Shown: positions 1-10,732 of the stretch, one piece after another
How the letters are laid out: each line of letters starts with the position of its first letter
How positions within the stretch are numbered: the stretch's first letter is position 1
Assembly (NCBI GenBank): GCA_963843555.1
Contig: CAWJKV010000005.1
Location: 289,849 to 353,848, forward strand
Reading direction: 5' to 3'
Origin: an uncultured Methanosarcinales archaeon
GTDB taxonomy: Archaea > Halobacteriota > Methanosarcinia > Methanotrichales > Methanotrichaceae
DNA length: 64,000 bases
Position numbers and translations under genes: made by a program
The notes under the pieces: generated by a model
The model's input: only the letters and a program-made list of their open reading frames with translations
Told to the model about the DNA's origin: nothing
The model's database searches: none

Positions 1-602
1 TGGCACGCTTGGATACGATCCGGCATGATTATGAGGCTGCACGACCAAAGCTCCTCGAATCTCTGCAGCTGATGCAGAAATTGGGCGACAGAACCGGTGA
101 AGCTGTAGTCCAATTCAATCTGGCCAGCCTCTCCCTGGAGAAGGGCGATCTGGCACTTGCAGATCAGGAGTTCCAAAAGGCACTATCGCTTGCGCGTGAG
201 AATTGTGATCGAAGAGGCGAAGCCACCATCCTGCACAGCCTGGGTCTGATCGGCTCGCAGACAGGGGATAAAGAGAAGGCGATGGAGAATTTCCAGGACG
301 CTCTGCGGATTTTTCAAGAGCTGGCAGATAGATCTGGCGAAGCGGGAGCCTTCTTTCAGCTCGGAGCCGCGGCCGTGCAGCGGGACAAAATCCAGGAGGG
401 GCTCCGTCTGATGGCCATGGCCGCCATAATACTGAGGAGCATCAAGAGCGATGAGGTCAAGAACGTCGAGCCACTGGTAGAGCGTCTGGCCTCGCAGCTC
501 GGCTTTACGCAGGAGCAGTTCATGACCATGGTGCAGGAGGTCTTGCAAAATTATGTCAAAGATAAGGGATGGGGGCTCGTGGATAGGGCCTCAGGAAAAT
601 AG
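1..602 (+). CDS. TPR-repeat protein, 5'-truncated by the window edge
   Basis: Repeated 'GDRxGEA...LG' TPR-like helical units. Confidence 0.8.
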   Translation, partial: ARLDTIRHDYEAARPKLLESLQLMQKLGDRTGEAVVQFNLASLSLEKGDLALADQEFQKALSLARENCDRRGEATILHSLGLIGSQTGDKEKAMENFQDALRIFQELADRSGEAGAFFQLGAAAVQRDKIQEGLRLMAMAAIILRSIKSDEVKNVEPLVERLASQLGFTQEQFMTMVQEVLQNYVKDKGWGLVDRASGK

Positions 603-665
603 AGCCAAAATTTCAAGAAAGGCTCTTACGGTCTTTTTTTGCAATCCCGCTCACTCTTGATTTAA

Positions 666-2857
666 TCATATCCTGCCGAATGGGTTTTGCTTCAACTCAC
701 CCTTCTCCTTCCTGTAGTCCGCTTTTAAAGCCTTCTCAAAGCCTTTGCGGTAGAACTTTTCCATGTACTCTTTGGCCATGCGGCGAGCGCTGAAATTAGG
801 CCCGGACATCTTGATGGTCTCTTTCATCACCTGTACCCAACCGTGAGAGACGCCATCCTCGTCCACGTTGTAGAATAGGGGCACAATATCTTTCTCCAGC
901 AGCTCGTAGATTGCCGCAGCATCCTTTGCATCTCTGTTTGGACCTTCTTGGGCGCCCGAGACCGCCCATCCATTCTTGCCGTTGTAGCCTTCAATCCACC
1001 AGCCGTCCAGTATGGAAAGCTGCGGAACTCCGTTTAGTGAAGCCTTCATGCCGCTCGTTCCGCTCGCCTCCATGGGCGGCAGGGGATTGTTCACCCAAAC
1101 ATCCACGCCGTGCACCATGTACTGAGCCAGCAGCTCGTCATAGTCCTCCACGAATGCGACCCTGCCCCCGAAGACCGGGTTCTTGGCGGCATTGAAGACC
1201 TGCTGCAAGAGCAGTTTGCTCTGCTCGTCGTCGTGATGAGCTTTTCCGGCAAAGATGAGCTGTACCGGCCTCCAGGGGTCATTCAGAATCTTCTTGAGCC
1301 TTGCCAGATCCTGCAAGAGAAGCGTGGGCCGCTTATAAGAGGCGAAACGCCTGGCAAACCCCAGGGTGAGGGCTTTGGGATCAAGCATAATCCCTGAGGC
1401 CATAACAAGATTCGGATCAGACCCTGAGTTCAGCCATCTATTCCGCGCCCGTTCTCTTATCTTTTCGATAAGCATGCTCTTCATGGTATTGATGGTGACG
1501 CCATAGATTCATGATCCGGTATCTCGTCGATCAGCTCCCAGATGCGGCTCTGGTCGTGCTCCTCCAGCCAGGTCCGGCCAAGGTAGCGGTTGAAGATCAC
1601 ATCGCCCAGGCGCCTGTCAATCCAGGAGGGCACATGCACACCGTTGGTTATGTAATCGATGGGAACCTTTTCCGGAGATTGTTTCTGCCATAGCTGCTGC
1701 CACATCTTTCGGCTGACCTCTCCGTGCTTCTTGCTCACAGCATTGCGATATCTAGCGGAGCGAAGGGCAAAAGCGGTCAGGTTGAAGCCGTCGGGCTTGG
1801 TGGGGTCTGTCCCCAAGCGGAAGAACTCCTCCCTGGATAGATCCATTGAAGGCAGATAGGAGCCGAAGTACTTGTCCAGGAGCTGATAGGTGAAGATATC
1901 ATGGCCCGCAGGGACGGGCGTGTGAGTAGTGAAGACTGTTGTGTCCTTGACCTGCTCGAAGGCGTCTTGATAATTCAAACCCTCCTCCACCAACATCCTG
2001 ATCCTCTCCAGAACAGCAAAGGCAGGATGCCCTTCATTCAGGTGAAGGACGGAGTATTTCTCACCCAGGGCCTCTAAAATACGTACGCCCCCTATCCCCA
2101 GAACGATCTCCTGGCGCAGGCGCCGCTCATTATCTCCGGTATAAAGCCGATCAGAGATGACACGGTTGGGGGGCTCATTGGCCTCGCTGGAAGTATCGAT
2201 CAAATAGAGCCTGGTCTTTCCCACCTGGACCTTCCAGACCTCTAAATTAATGGGAGGATCCATGACTGGCACCTTAATGGATATCGGATTTCCGCTCGAG
2301 TCGACTATCTTGCGAATGGGCGCATTCTCCCGGTCCAGGATCTCGCAGGCTCCCACCTGCCAGCCGTCCGGCGATATCATCTGGCGGAGGTAGCCTTGCG
2401 GGTACATGAATCCCACACCCACCAGAGGAATGCCAAGGTCGCTGCACTCTTTCAGGAAATCTCCCGCCAGAAAGCCCAGCCCTCCCGCATAAAATGGGAG
2501 CGCATGGTGCAAGCCGTACTCCGCTGAGAAATAGGCGACAGTGCATTTTTCAGGGTCAGTCACATTGGCACAAAACCAGCCGCTGGTTGGATTCATATAG
2601 CCCTCAAACCTGGCCATCACAGAATCATAATGCCTGAGAAAGTGTTGGTCTTTAGATGCAACTTCAAGCATTCCTTTGTCTATCTGATTGAGCATCTTCA
2701 CAGGGTTATGGTTGCTCAGATACCAGCCTTGACGATTGAGGAGCTTGAATAGCTCCCTGCCTTCCGGATGCCAGCTCCACCAGAGATTGTAGGCCAGCTC
2801 TCTCAGCCCGGAGATCCTTTCGGGCAGATCGGGGAATTTGTCTTTGATGCCTTGCAT
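666..2857 (-). CDS. glgP: Alpha-glucan (glycogen) phosphorylase, frameshifted near 1490-1510
   Basis: AYNLWWSW, YFSAEYG, GGLGFLAGD, HLNEGH, FTTHTPVPAGHD and ITNGVH in the first ORF; GFARRFASYKR and the PLP motif EASGTSGMK in the second. Confidence 0.93.
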
Positions 2858-2982
2858 GAGTGTGCAGCTCCAAGCCGTTATCACTGCGGCTGTCTTCAGA
2901 GATATGTCCTTCGATCAAATATTATATAATTTTACTTTTGCAGCTCGCAAAACCATAAATGAAATACAGTCCTGGATAATTT

Positions 2983-3503
2983 ATGCAGCGAAAGGTCCAG
3001 CTTCGGCGCACTTTAGGGCTCTTTGAGGTCACTTCTGGATATCCTTCTTGCGATCAGAGGTGGTTGCCGTCTTTGCCGGCCTTTCTTATGCAAGCTTGCT
3101 TCCATGTTTCCCAAAGCCAGCGCCGAATACGGATATACACCTCAGGCCTTCTGACCTTTTCCGGCATATTCCAGGCGTCTGCCCTGATATTCTTTGCCTT
3201 CTCGGCTTTGAGGAGATGGTCAAGCTCTCCAAGGAGGCAAAAGATCCCCAAAAAAAATATCCCGCGGGGCCTTATTCCGGCCATATCGGCGAGCATCGTG
3301 CTCTACATGATGGTGGCACTCTCTGCCGTAAGCGTTCTTGGTTGGGAGAGGCTGAGCCATTCCGCGGCACCCTTCGCCGAAATTGCCTGTTCTGCCTTGG
3401 GGCCAAGTGCTTCCACATTGGTCTTGGACTCATGATTCTGGGTGGCCTGGCGGCAACGCTAAACAGGCGCTCTCTTCGGTCCAATCCTGAAAGCAATTCC
3501 TGA
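2983..3503 (+). pseudogene. Internally deleted APC-family amino acid permease remnant
   Basis: N-terminal 'LRRTLGLFEVT', then 'ALIFFAF..GFEEMVKLSKEAKDPQK.IPRGL' spread over shifting frames; far shorter than an intact APC permease. Confidence 0.7.
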
Positions 3504-3617
3504 AAACAATTCGATTAATTAATAATTTCTGCAGGTAATTATTAATCAAAACAAATTATTATCGTGATATCGAAACCTTTAAAGATTCATAGGTGCAACA
3601 TCTTTTGGGGTGATTTA

Positions 3618-4052
3618 TTGCCTATTAAGTTCAAGATAAGCATTTTAGTGCTGGCCATATTATTGCTGGCAGGAGCGGCTATTGCCGCTGAAAAGATGAA
3701 CGAGTATACTGTGAATCTGACGACTAATGATACATTAGGATCTTATCTGGTTAACCAGACTGGATTTGCCCTCTATTACTTCGCAAATGATGCCCCTGGT
3801 AATGGCACCAGCACCTGTACTGGCAAATGCAGCGAGTTCTGGCCTCCATTTTATGCTGAAAAAATCTCAGTACCGCAGGGCCTCAACGCTTCTTACTTCA
3901 CAAATGCCACTAGAACGGATGGGATTGAGCAGACTGCATACCAGGGATGGCCTCTTTACTTATACTCCAAGGATAAAAAGCCAGGAGACACCAACGGCCA
4001 GGGAGTCAACGACGCCTGGTTCGTCCTCAATACCACATATTTCCAGGCTTGA
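3618..4052 (+). CDS. Secreted Y-X4-D repeat protein (COG4315-like)
   Basis: Signal peptide; 'GFALYYFAND..CTGKCSEFWPPF' and 'QTAYQGWPLYLYSKDKKPGDTNGQGV..W'. Confidence 0.85.
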   Translation: MPIKFKISILVLAILLLAGAAIAAEKMNEYTVNLTTNDTLGSYLVNQTGFALYYFANDAPGNGTSTCTGKCSEFWPPFYAEKISVPQGLNASYFTNATRTDGIEQTAYQGWPLYLYSKDKKPGDTNGQGVNDAWFVLNTTYFQA

Positions 4053-4069
4053 AACTCTGAAGATATAAT

Positions 4070-4606
4070 TCATTCTTCAGACTTTTTTGCCAGCTTATCG
4101 GCATACTTCAGATAATTGCAGGCAGGGCTTCCAGTGGGAATGATATTGCCACATACTCTGCCGTCAATGATCTCGAGCTCGGCGACCGATGGGGCGGACA
4201 TTCTCGGCAGCGTGGTGCTTCCGGGACAGATCAGAAGCCTCTTGCCTTTTTCGACCAGTGGACGGTGAATGTGCCCAAACACCAGAACCTCCACATCCAT
4301 CTCTCGAGCCATCATCTCTGCTCCTACTAGATCGGAACCATGCGAGGCCATGTGCACCAGGCCAATTCTGATGCCGTCAACAGTGATAACCTTCCTTTCC
4401 GGAAGGAGTCTTTTCAGCTCAAAAGAGTCGGAGTTTCCCCGCACCGCCTCCAGCCGTCCCAGCTCTGCCAGGGCAGCGTAGCACCTGGCAGAGACGAAAT
4501 CGCCGGCATGAAGGATAATGTCCGCTTTCCTGGCGAGCGCGACAACCGCCAGAGGGAGCTCTTCATCTTCCAGATGAGTATCAGAAAGCGCAATTATTCT
4601 GGTCAT
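4070..4606 (-). CDS. YfcE/MJ0936-family metallophosphoesterase
   Basis: SDTH, HAGD, RGNSD, GHIH and CPGS motifs. Confidence 0.9.
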   Translation of the reverse strand: MTRIIALSDTHLEDEELPLAVVALARKADIILHAGDFVSARCYAALAELGRLEAVRGNSDSFELKRLLPERKVITVDGIRIGLVHMASHGSDLVGAEMMAREMDVEVLVFGHIHRPLVEKGKRLLICPGSTTLPRMSAPSVAELEIIDGRVCGNIIPTGSPACNYLKYADKLAKKSEE

Positions 4607-4651
4607 GGAAGTTCTATTTGCCTCAAAATCTGAAATCCCCAGTAAATGATT

Positions 4652-5851
4652 TCACACGTGCATCCTCTTCATGCCCTCTTCCATAATTCCCAAGAACTCC
4701 GCTCCCACGGCCACGACACTGTTAGTGAATATGGAGGCATTTATCTCGAAGATGGGATAGCGGAACTTGGTGAAGTCGGACATCAACCAGGTGGTAGAGC
4801 TGGTGTCTCCGCTGAATAGCTCTGCATACTCTGGCTTTACTGGAATGATCGCTATATCCTTCTTCCGGCCGTGCTTCTCCAGAATAGCGACCTGACGGGA
4901 AGAGGGATTGGCCGTTATGGGCATAACATCTGCCCCTTTGCTGAGTGCGGTAATAGTGCCCTCCAGAGCCTCATAGGTATTGCCGATTCCGGTTATGGGT
5001 ATATAGACATCGCCGATTTGGAAACTTGGCGTATTGAAGTCTCTCTCCCAATAACTGATCTTATTTAAATGGGTGAACCTCATCTCAAAGGCCCGGGCCA
5101 CCAGGCCGGATCTTCCCACACCGCCGATGATGTATCTTCCGCTGCGGGGCAGAAGCCTCTTGAACCAGTAATCCAAATGGCCAGGGTTCAATTCGTCCAT
5201 CTGAGAGATGAGGCGGGCGTTCTCCTCAAAGTCTTTTATCCTGCTTCGGTATTCAGGACAGGAGGAATCACATACACCCTCAAGCCTGCACTGGATATCA
5301 ACGAAGAGGGCATTGAGAAAGGCCAAGACCTCCAGCTCGAACTCCGTTCCCATAGGAGAGAGTCTGGACCTCATGTCCTTATCGGTGGCGTATTTCGTTC
5401 GGGCCTTGATCACCAGCGCCGATCCGCGCTCGTATTCGCTCACCATCTTGTAGGCCATGCCATTCTCATTGGCCGTTATGAGCTTGATTTCGCCGCCGCG
5501 GGTGATTAAGTCGTCGATATATTTGTTGACAGACAGGGTCTCACCAGAGCCGGATATGGCAATGCCGAGGTTCTTACCCTTGCGGTAGTGCCTTTGCAGT
5601 GGATCTTCCAGGGTAAAAGGAAATACGTTTTCAAAATGGTTTTGGATGAGCTGCAGAAAGCTGTAAAGCGCAAGGGCTGATCGACCCGCAGCGAGGCCAT
5701 AAACGAACTTGTTCTCTGATGTTGGTCTCAGGAACTCCACCATGGAGTCGGAGAAAGCGGCAACGTTTGCCATGTCCAGATCCAACAGCTTCTCCAGAAA
5801 GCTGCATTGCAGGATCGTGGCATCGCGGAAGGTCTCGATCAGGCCTGACAT
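4652..5851 (-). CDS. Tandem SIS-domain protein, 6-phospho-3-hexuloisomerase (Phi/HxlB)-like
   Basis: Two GRS loops (AAGRSAL, GVGRSGL), ISGSGET, ITAN twice, PMGTEFE, and C-terminal MKRMH. Confidence 0.7.
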   Translation of the reverse strand: MSGLIETFRDATILQCSFLEKLLDLDMANVAAFSDSMVEFLRPTSENKFVYGLAAGRSALALYSFLQLIQNHFENVFPFTLEDPLQRHYRKGKNLGIAISGSGETLSVNKYIDDLITRGGEIKLITANENGMAYKMVSEYERGSALVIKARTKYATDKDMRSRLSPMGTEFELEVLAFLNALFVDIQCRLEGVCDSSCPEYRSRIKDFEENARLISQMDELNPGHLDYWFKRLLPRSGRYIIGGVGRSGLVARAFEMRFTHLNKISYWERDFNTPSFQIGDVYIPITGIGNTYEALEGTITALSKGADVMPITANPSSRQVAILEKHGRKKDIAIIPVKPEYAELFSGDTSSTTWLMSDFTKFRYPIFEINASIFTNSVVAVGAEFLGIMEEGMKRMHV

Positions 5852-5932
5852 ATTGCATCAAAGAGTGACCCCCCAAAGATAAGCCTTTCCAGGCCACGAT
5901 CCTTTAGCTTTGCCAATTCATTGGCGGAGCGG

Positions 5933-7003
5933 TCACGTCACTATCTCGTGAAGCAGGTTCTTCTCATTTGCCGACTTGATCTCCTGGGCAATGCGCCTGC
6001 CGTTAGAGAGTCCGGGCTCGATGAAATCGGTGTAAGGAGAGCCGCTGATATAGAGATTGGTTCCTGCAACGATGCGAGCCGATATCTCGAAGACCTTGAA
6101 CTCCAGCTCGTCGGTGACAATTGTCTCCAGGCTGAAAGCCCCCACCATACCTCCGAAGAGATCCAGACTGGTTTCCACGACCCTCTCGCCCAGCTCGAAG
6201 GCCCGGGGAAGGAGCGACTCGCGCAGCACAAGCGGCAGGTTGCCTGTTACAACGAAGCTTGGATAGATGCCTGCCTCTGCCAGCTCTTTCATGCTTCCGA
6301 TGCGAAAGATCTCGTCTGCATTTGATTCCACGCGCCGGTCGATGCCCAGCATCTCCAAAGATCCCTTGCTCAGCCGGTATCCTTCCGACTTTATGGGCGA
6401 GTAGAAGAAATGAATATAGTATCTGGTGCCGAGGATGAACTCCTGGATGGTGTACTTCTCTTGGGTGCTCATCTTCGATTGCAGCTCTTCTTTCGTCTTA
6501 GCGATGAAAAATCCCCGCCCGCCTTTGGCACCATGATACTTGACTATGACCGGCCGGTCGATATCCTCTGCCTTTTCAAATCGCATGGGAACATTGACTC
6601 CAGCCTTGAGGAGCCATTCGCGCTCCATCTCCCTGTCGCTCTCCCATGCCAGGACGCGGCGGTTGCCGAAAGTGGGAACTGCCAGGGACTCGAACCTCTC
6701 TATTCCTAAATACTCGACAAGAGAGCCATGGGGGATTATGATGACATTCTCATCCACGAGATCATTTGCACAACCCAGAAGTGCCTTGTAGCTCTCTACA
6801 CTGACGAACTTATCCGGCTTGGCCAGTGGGAAAGCATCGTAGAACCGGGGCGGCCGGCCGATGCAGATGCCTACGGTCTTGAAGCCCTCCTGGCGCGCGC
6901 CATGAAAGATTTGCAGGCTGCTGTGAGAGCAGATGGTAGCGATGGTAAGATCGTCTTTGTCGTATCCTTTCAAAATCTCCTGGATATCTTCTTTAGAAAT
7001 CAT
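5933..7003 (-). CDS. purP: FAICAR synthetase (formate-dependent ATP-grasp PurP)
   Basis: ATICSHSSLQI, IPHGS, GAKGGRGFF and FEISARIVAGTN. Confidence 0.93.
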   Translation of the reverse strand: MISKEDIQEILKGYDKDDLTIATICSHSSLQIFHGARQEGFKTVGICIGRPPRFYDAFPLAKPDKFVSVESYKALLGCANDLVDENVIIIPHGSLVEYLGIERFESLAVPTFGNRRVLAWESDREMEREWLLKAGVNVPMRFEKAEDIDRPVIVKYHGAKGGRGFFIAKTKEELQSKMSTQEKYTIQEFILGTRYYIHFFYSPIKSEGYRLSKGSLEMLGIDRRVESNADEIFRIGSMKELAEAGIYPSFVVTGNLPLVLRESLLPRAFELGERVVETSLDLFGGMVGAFSLETIVTDELEFKVFEISARIVAGTNLYISGSPYTDFIEPGLSNGRRIAQEIKSANEKNLLHEIVT

Positions 7004-7140
7004 GGTGATAACCCTTTGTTCTATGACCTATGAAACTTCAGGGTTGGCACAAAGGTAGATAAGCTCTTCGGAGACGATCAACCAAAAACCCTCCCGTCCA
7101 GATCGATGAGCTTAAAAATGTAAGATAAGTAGAATATATC

Positions 7141-7662
7141 ATGTTGGCATCGAAGAAAAGGGAGACAAAAGAGACCCGCATCGACGTAATTCTGGAGACC
7201 GACGGCGCGGGCGTCACTGAAGTCGACACAAAAATCGAGCTCCTGGATGAGATCCTGCGAGCGTTCGGCAGAGGTGCGCTCTTTGATCTGACAGTCATTG
7301 CCAGGGGCGATCTGGAGACTGGGGACCACCACACCACCGAGGACGTAGGCATCGCCCTGGGAGGGGCGCTGGCCCAGGTCATAAAAAGCGGCATTGGAAG
7401 CTCAATTGTTCCATCAGGCCAGGCCATGGCCACGGTGGCAGTGCGCTTCGGCGAGCCGGGATACCGTGGGGATTTCGATCTGCAGTCCGGGAGTGTCGCA
7501 GGCATGAATTTGGAGACCTTCAGCCACTTCCTTCGGGCTTTGGCTTATAATGGCCGGTTCTCCTTAGTCGTTCGCGCGGAAGGAGGCGACGATCGGAGCA
7601 AGATAGAGACCATAAGCCTGGCACTGGGAAGAGCGATGAAAAAGGCAGCACGCGACGTATAG
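7141..7662 (+). CDS. Imidazoleglycerol-phosphate dehydratase (HisB)-like protein with degenerate metal sites
   Basis: RETKETRI and GDHHTTEDVGIALG retained; the DHML, PMDE and second HHxxE motifs are absent. Confidence 0.75.
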   Translation: MLASKKRETKETRIDVILETDGAGVTEVDTKIELLDEILRAFGRGALFDLTVIARGDLETGDHHTTEDVGIALGGALAQVIKSGIGSSIVPSGQAMATVAVRFGEPGYRGDFDLQSGSVAGMNLETFSHFLRALAYNGRFSLVVRAEGGDDRSKIETISLALGRAMKKAARDV

Positions 7663-7737
7663 ATCAATATCTTGGTGGATCAAAGCATAACTGCCGATGT
7701 GGACCAATTATCGATTTGAAAAATTAAGTGCGGAGCC

Positions 7738-10662
7738 CTAGCCCCTGCGTCGAGCATAGGCTCCAGCGACAAAGGCAGCCAATGTTGCCATGATTCCCAG
7801 AGTGTCGCTCTTCTTGGAGGCGGAGCCATCCGCTGCAATGGAAATAGAGCCGTTGGTTATAGTTTCTGGATCAAAGCCGCTCGTGCTTGTAATATTGAGG
7901 TCAACTGTCACATTCTCTTTTTCTGCTGCAGTGTTCCTGGCGGCAAAGGTGAGATTGGCGGCACCGCAGCCTTCCGGCAGAAGGACGGTTATCGTTCCTG
8001 GATTCGATTCCACCTGCCAGGTGGGTTTGCACTCTCCCTCAATGCCCGTGGCCTTCACGATGGAGGCATCATAAGAGATACCTATTCTCTTCTCACTGCC
8101 ATTAACTGGGGCCTCAAGTGGAATGGTAACGCTTTCTCCCGCAAGGGCTTCAGCCGAGCCCAGGGATACCCCACGCACCTCTGCAGGAGTCACGTTGAAG
8201 AACTCTCCAAAAGCCTGAATGGCATTGACGGCGTTCTCTACCCTTACCCGCAGCTCGTATCGACCGGGTTTGGCCGCCACTGTGACGGCATGAGGCTCCA
8301 AGACCGCCAACGTCCCCTGCAGCGTATGATTTATGCCGCTTGGAACCAATTTTCCATCAATGACATCATAAAACTGCAGAATGCTCCTTTCGGGCTCAAT
8401 TTTGAGGAAATCCTTTCTGCTGCTCTCATTGGTTATCATGACATCATAGTCCATGCCAGCATCTATTCTACCGTATTCACTGCGGGAAATGTAATAGACA
8501 GATTTGCCGCTCGTGATTCTGCTGATTCTTCCCGTGGAGTTGAATACAACCCCAACCTGCACCGGAGGCACAGATTGGTCCAGGTAAAGCAATCCCGGCA
8601 CGGAGCTCTCGCCTGCATCCATAATAAAGCTCTTATCATCGCTGAGCTGCAGAGTCGTTGCATTCCAGTTCCAGCCAAATACCCAGATATCTCTCGAGCC
8701 CAGGCCTGAGGCAGTGATATCTCCGGCGAAGACGGTTTTATTACTTGAATCCAGTATATCTGCTGTAACCTGACTAATCTCTGCTGCCTGAACGACCATG
8801 GAAAAGTTCGCTGCGGCTCCTGAAGTTACGTTGTCTGGCTTTTTGATCAGGGGCGGCTCTGGCCGGGGAACAACATATGCCGCGGTGTAAAGATAATACC
8901 GAAGCGTATCGTTGTCCGCCACCCGGATGTTCATTCCCGGCCCGAGGGAGATCGTTGAGTCGCGATTGAGATTGATATAGTCGTCGTTGAACATGAATAT
9001 CCCAAACGGTTGAACGGATACGATTCTGAGATCCGCCAATTGCAGACCCGGCTCGACGGAAAGAACTTCTTGATCAGAGATCTGGAAAACGCCATCGATG
9101 GTTGCAATGCTCTTCGTCCCATTGCGGAAGACATTGTTGAGATGCACCATTATTATCGGCAGGTCTTTGACGTCACCCAGATCCCTTTTATAAATATAGG
9201 TCGAGTTGGATTTAACTACCGAGCTCTCAACCGGCATGCCATCTTTTAAAAGCTGGAGAAAGATGCTGTCATTTCCCACGTCGCGAATACGCATTTCATA
9301 GCCTTCCTGAAGAGAATAATTGCCGGCAAGGATTATTGCCTGCGGCTCTATGTCCCAGAGCACCTTTCCCAGGTATTCGTGCTCCAGCAAACTCTTGGTC
9401 GCTTTTCGGCCTTCAATGCTGGAATCGTATCCTGCGAACCACTGCGATCCCAGGAAGCTTATGACATAGTATTGTCCCCAGGAATCGAATTCAAATTTCT
9501 TGGGCTGGAGTAATGTGTTATACTGAAAACCCTCCGGAACCGGATTATTGCTCTCCCTATTTGAATTATTCAGGAAAATAGAGGGTACCCTTCTGCCTTG
9601 AACATTATGAAGGATGAGAGTCTCCTCGCCCAGACTCTTCGTAGGGTCGAAGTAAAATCCGCTGTAATTTTGGGAATTCCACCTGGCTATGGCGGGAAGA
9701 TTCTCGTCGCCCTGACTAATAGATACGGAAGGATTACCATCAAAGGCCGGACCCCTTATTTCGTGGATTCCGTAATCGAAGATAGCACCCACGGGATAAT
9801 AGGCCAGATCCGGCTGATCAAGCACAATTATTCCCAGATCCGGTGTCAGTGGAACCACAGAATCTCTGCGGAGGGTGAGAGCTTTGCTATTTCGAAACTC
9901 AATGCCATCTTCAGAGAGATCATTAAGCTCCATGTTGCCTAACTGGCCGCCCTCAAAGAGCCTGATGTCGGGGAGATCGCTGATCTGAAATATTCCGTCC
10001 ACCTGGGCAAATCCGTCATCCTCTCCTTTCATGGCATCGGCCAGATGGACCAGTATCACCGGGACATCATTTACCTTGTAAGTGAATGTATCACCAAGGC
10101 TTACCACTGAACCGTATATCGGCTTTCCATTTTTTAAAAGAATGAAGTTAACGGCTCCATCCTTGCGGGAGGTTTCCACTGCAGCCAGCTCGTAGCCATA
10201 TGCGAGGGGAAGAGTGCGGTTATAGCTCAGGGTGTAGGTCTCTTTTTCATCCTTGAGTATCTCTCTCAGCTCTCCTTTGTCAAGAGAGCTGACCTCTTCG
10301 GTAATAGAGCTCTCCGGATAGCCGGCCAGATAGAGCTTGCCCAGGAATGCCACCGCATAATAGCTGCCCCAGGGCTCATACTCAAACGGTCTCGACCATG
10401 CTTTAGAAGTGTAGACGATTTGGCCTTTTTCTGCAGACCTTTCCTGGAGGCCTATTTTTAGCTGCTCGCCACCTTCGGCTTTGTCCAAGTCATAGTAGAA
10501 CCAGCCGAAGTCAGCTGCGCCCCAAGTCCCGTCGCCATTGCTAGTATGACCTCGTACCTCGACAGCCTCTACAGGCTCTTGCGCCGATGCCGCAGAAAGA
10601 AGCACGATATGCATAGCTATGATTGCCAATGCAACCATCAACCAGATTTTCCTGATCTCCAT
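7738..10662 (-). CDS. S-layer protein with two Methanosarcinales S-layer domains, a cohesin-like domain and a C-terminal membrane anchor
   Basis: Signal peptide; two 'E(V/I)RG...W...GF(Y/F)..D..GE.L' repeats; 'AGESVTIPL...ISYDASIV'; hydrophobic tail ending RRRG. Confidence 0.85.
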   Translation of the reverse strand: MEIRKIWLMVALAIIAMHIVLLSAASAQEPVEAVEVRGHTSNGDGTWGAADFGWFYYDLDKAEGGEQLKIGLQERSAEKGQIVYTSKAWSRPFEYEPWGSYYAVAFLGKLYLAGYPESSITEEVSSLDKGELREILKDEKETYTLSYNRTLPLAYGYELAAVETSRKDGAVNFILLKNGKPIYGSVVSLGDTFTYKVNDVPVILVHLADAMKGEDDGFAQVDGIFQISDLPDIRLFEGGQLGNMELNDLSEDGIEFRNSKALTLRRDSVVPLTPDLGIIVLDQPDLAYYPVGAIFDYGIHEIRGPAFDGNPSVSISQGDENLPAIARWNSQNYSGFYFDPTKSLGEETLILHNVQGRRVPSIFLNNSNRESNNPVPEGFQYNTLLQPKKFEFDSWGQYYVISFLGSQWFAGYDSSIEGRKATKSLLEHEYLGKVLWDIEPQAIILAGNYSLQEGYEMRIRDVGNDSIFLQLLKDGMPVESSVVKSNSTYIYKRDLGDVKDLPIIMVHLNNVFRNGTKSIATIDGVFQISDQEVLSVEPGLQLADLRIVSVQPFGIFMFNDDYINLNRDSTISLGPGMNIRVADNDTLRYYLYTAAYVVPRPEPPLIKKPDNVTSGAAANFSMVVQAAEISQVTADILDSSNKTVFAGDITASGLGSRDIWVFGWNWNATTLQLSDDKSFIMDAGESSVPGLLYLDQSVPPVQVGVVFNSTGRISRITSGKSVYYISRSEYGRIDAGMDYDVMITNESSRKDFLKIEPERSILQFYDVIDGKLVPSGINHTLQGTLAVLEPHAVTVAAKPGRYELRVRVENAVNAIQAFGEFFNVTPAEVRGVSLGSAEALAGESVTIPLEAPVNGSEKRIGISYDASIVKATGIEGECKPTWQVESNPGTITVLLPEGCGAANLTFAARNTAAEKENVTVDLNITSTSGFDPETITNGSISIAADGSASKKSDTLGIMATLAAFVAGAYARRRG

Positions 10663-10732
10663 TCACCTCTCAAGAATCATTGCTGGATAAGCTGTATATC
10701 CTATGGGGATACCACAAACGAAGCGGAGTTAG

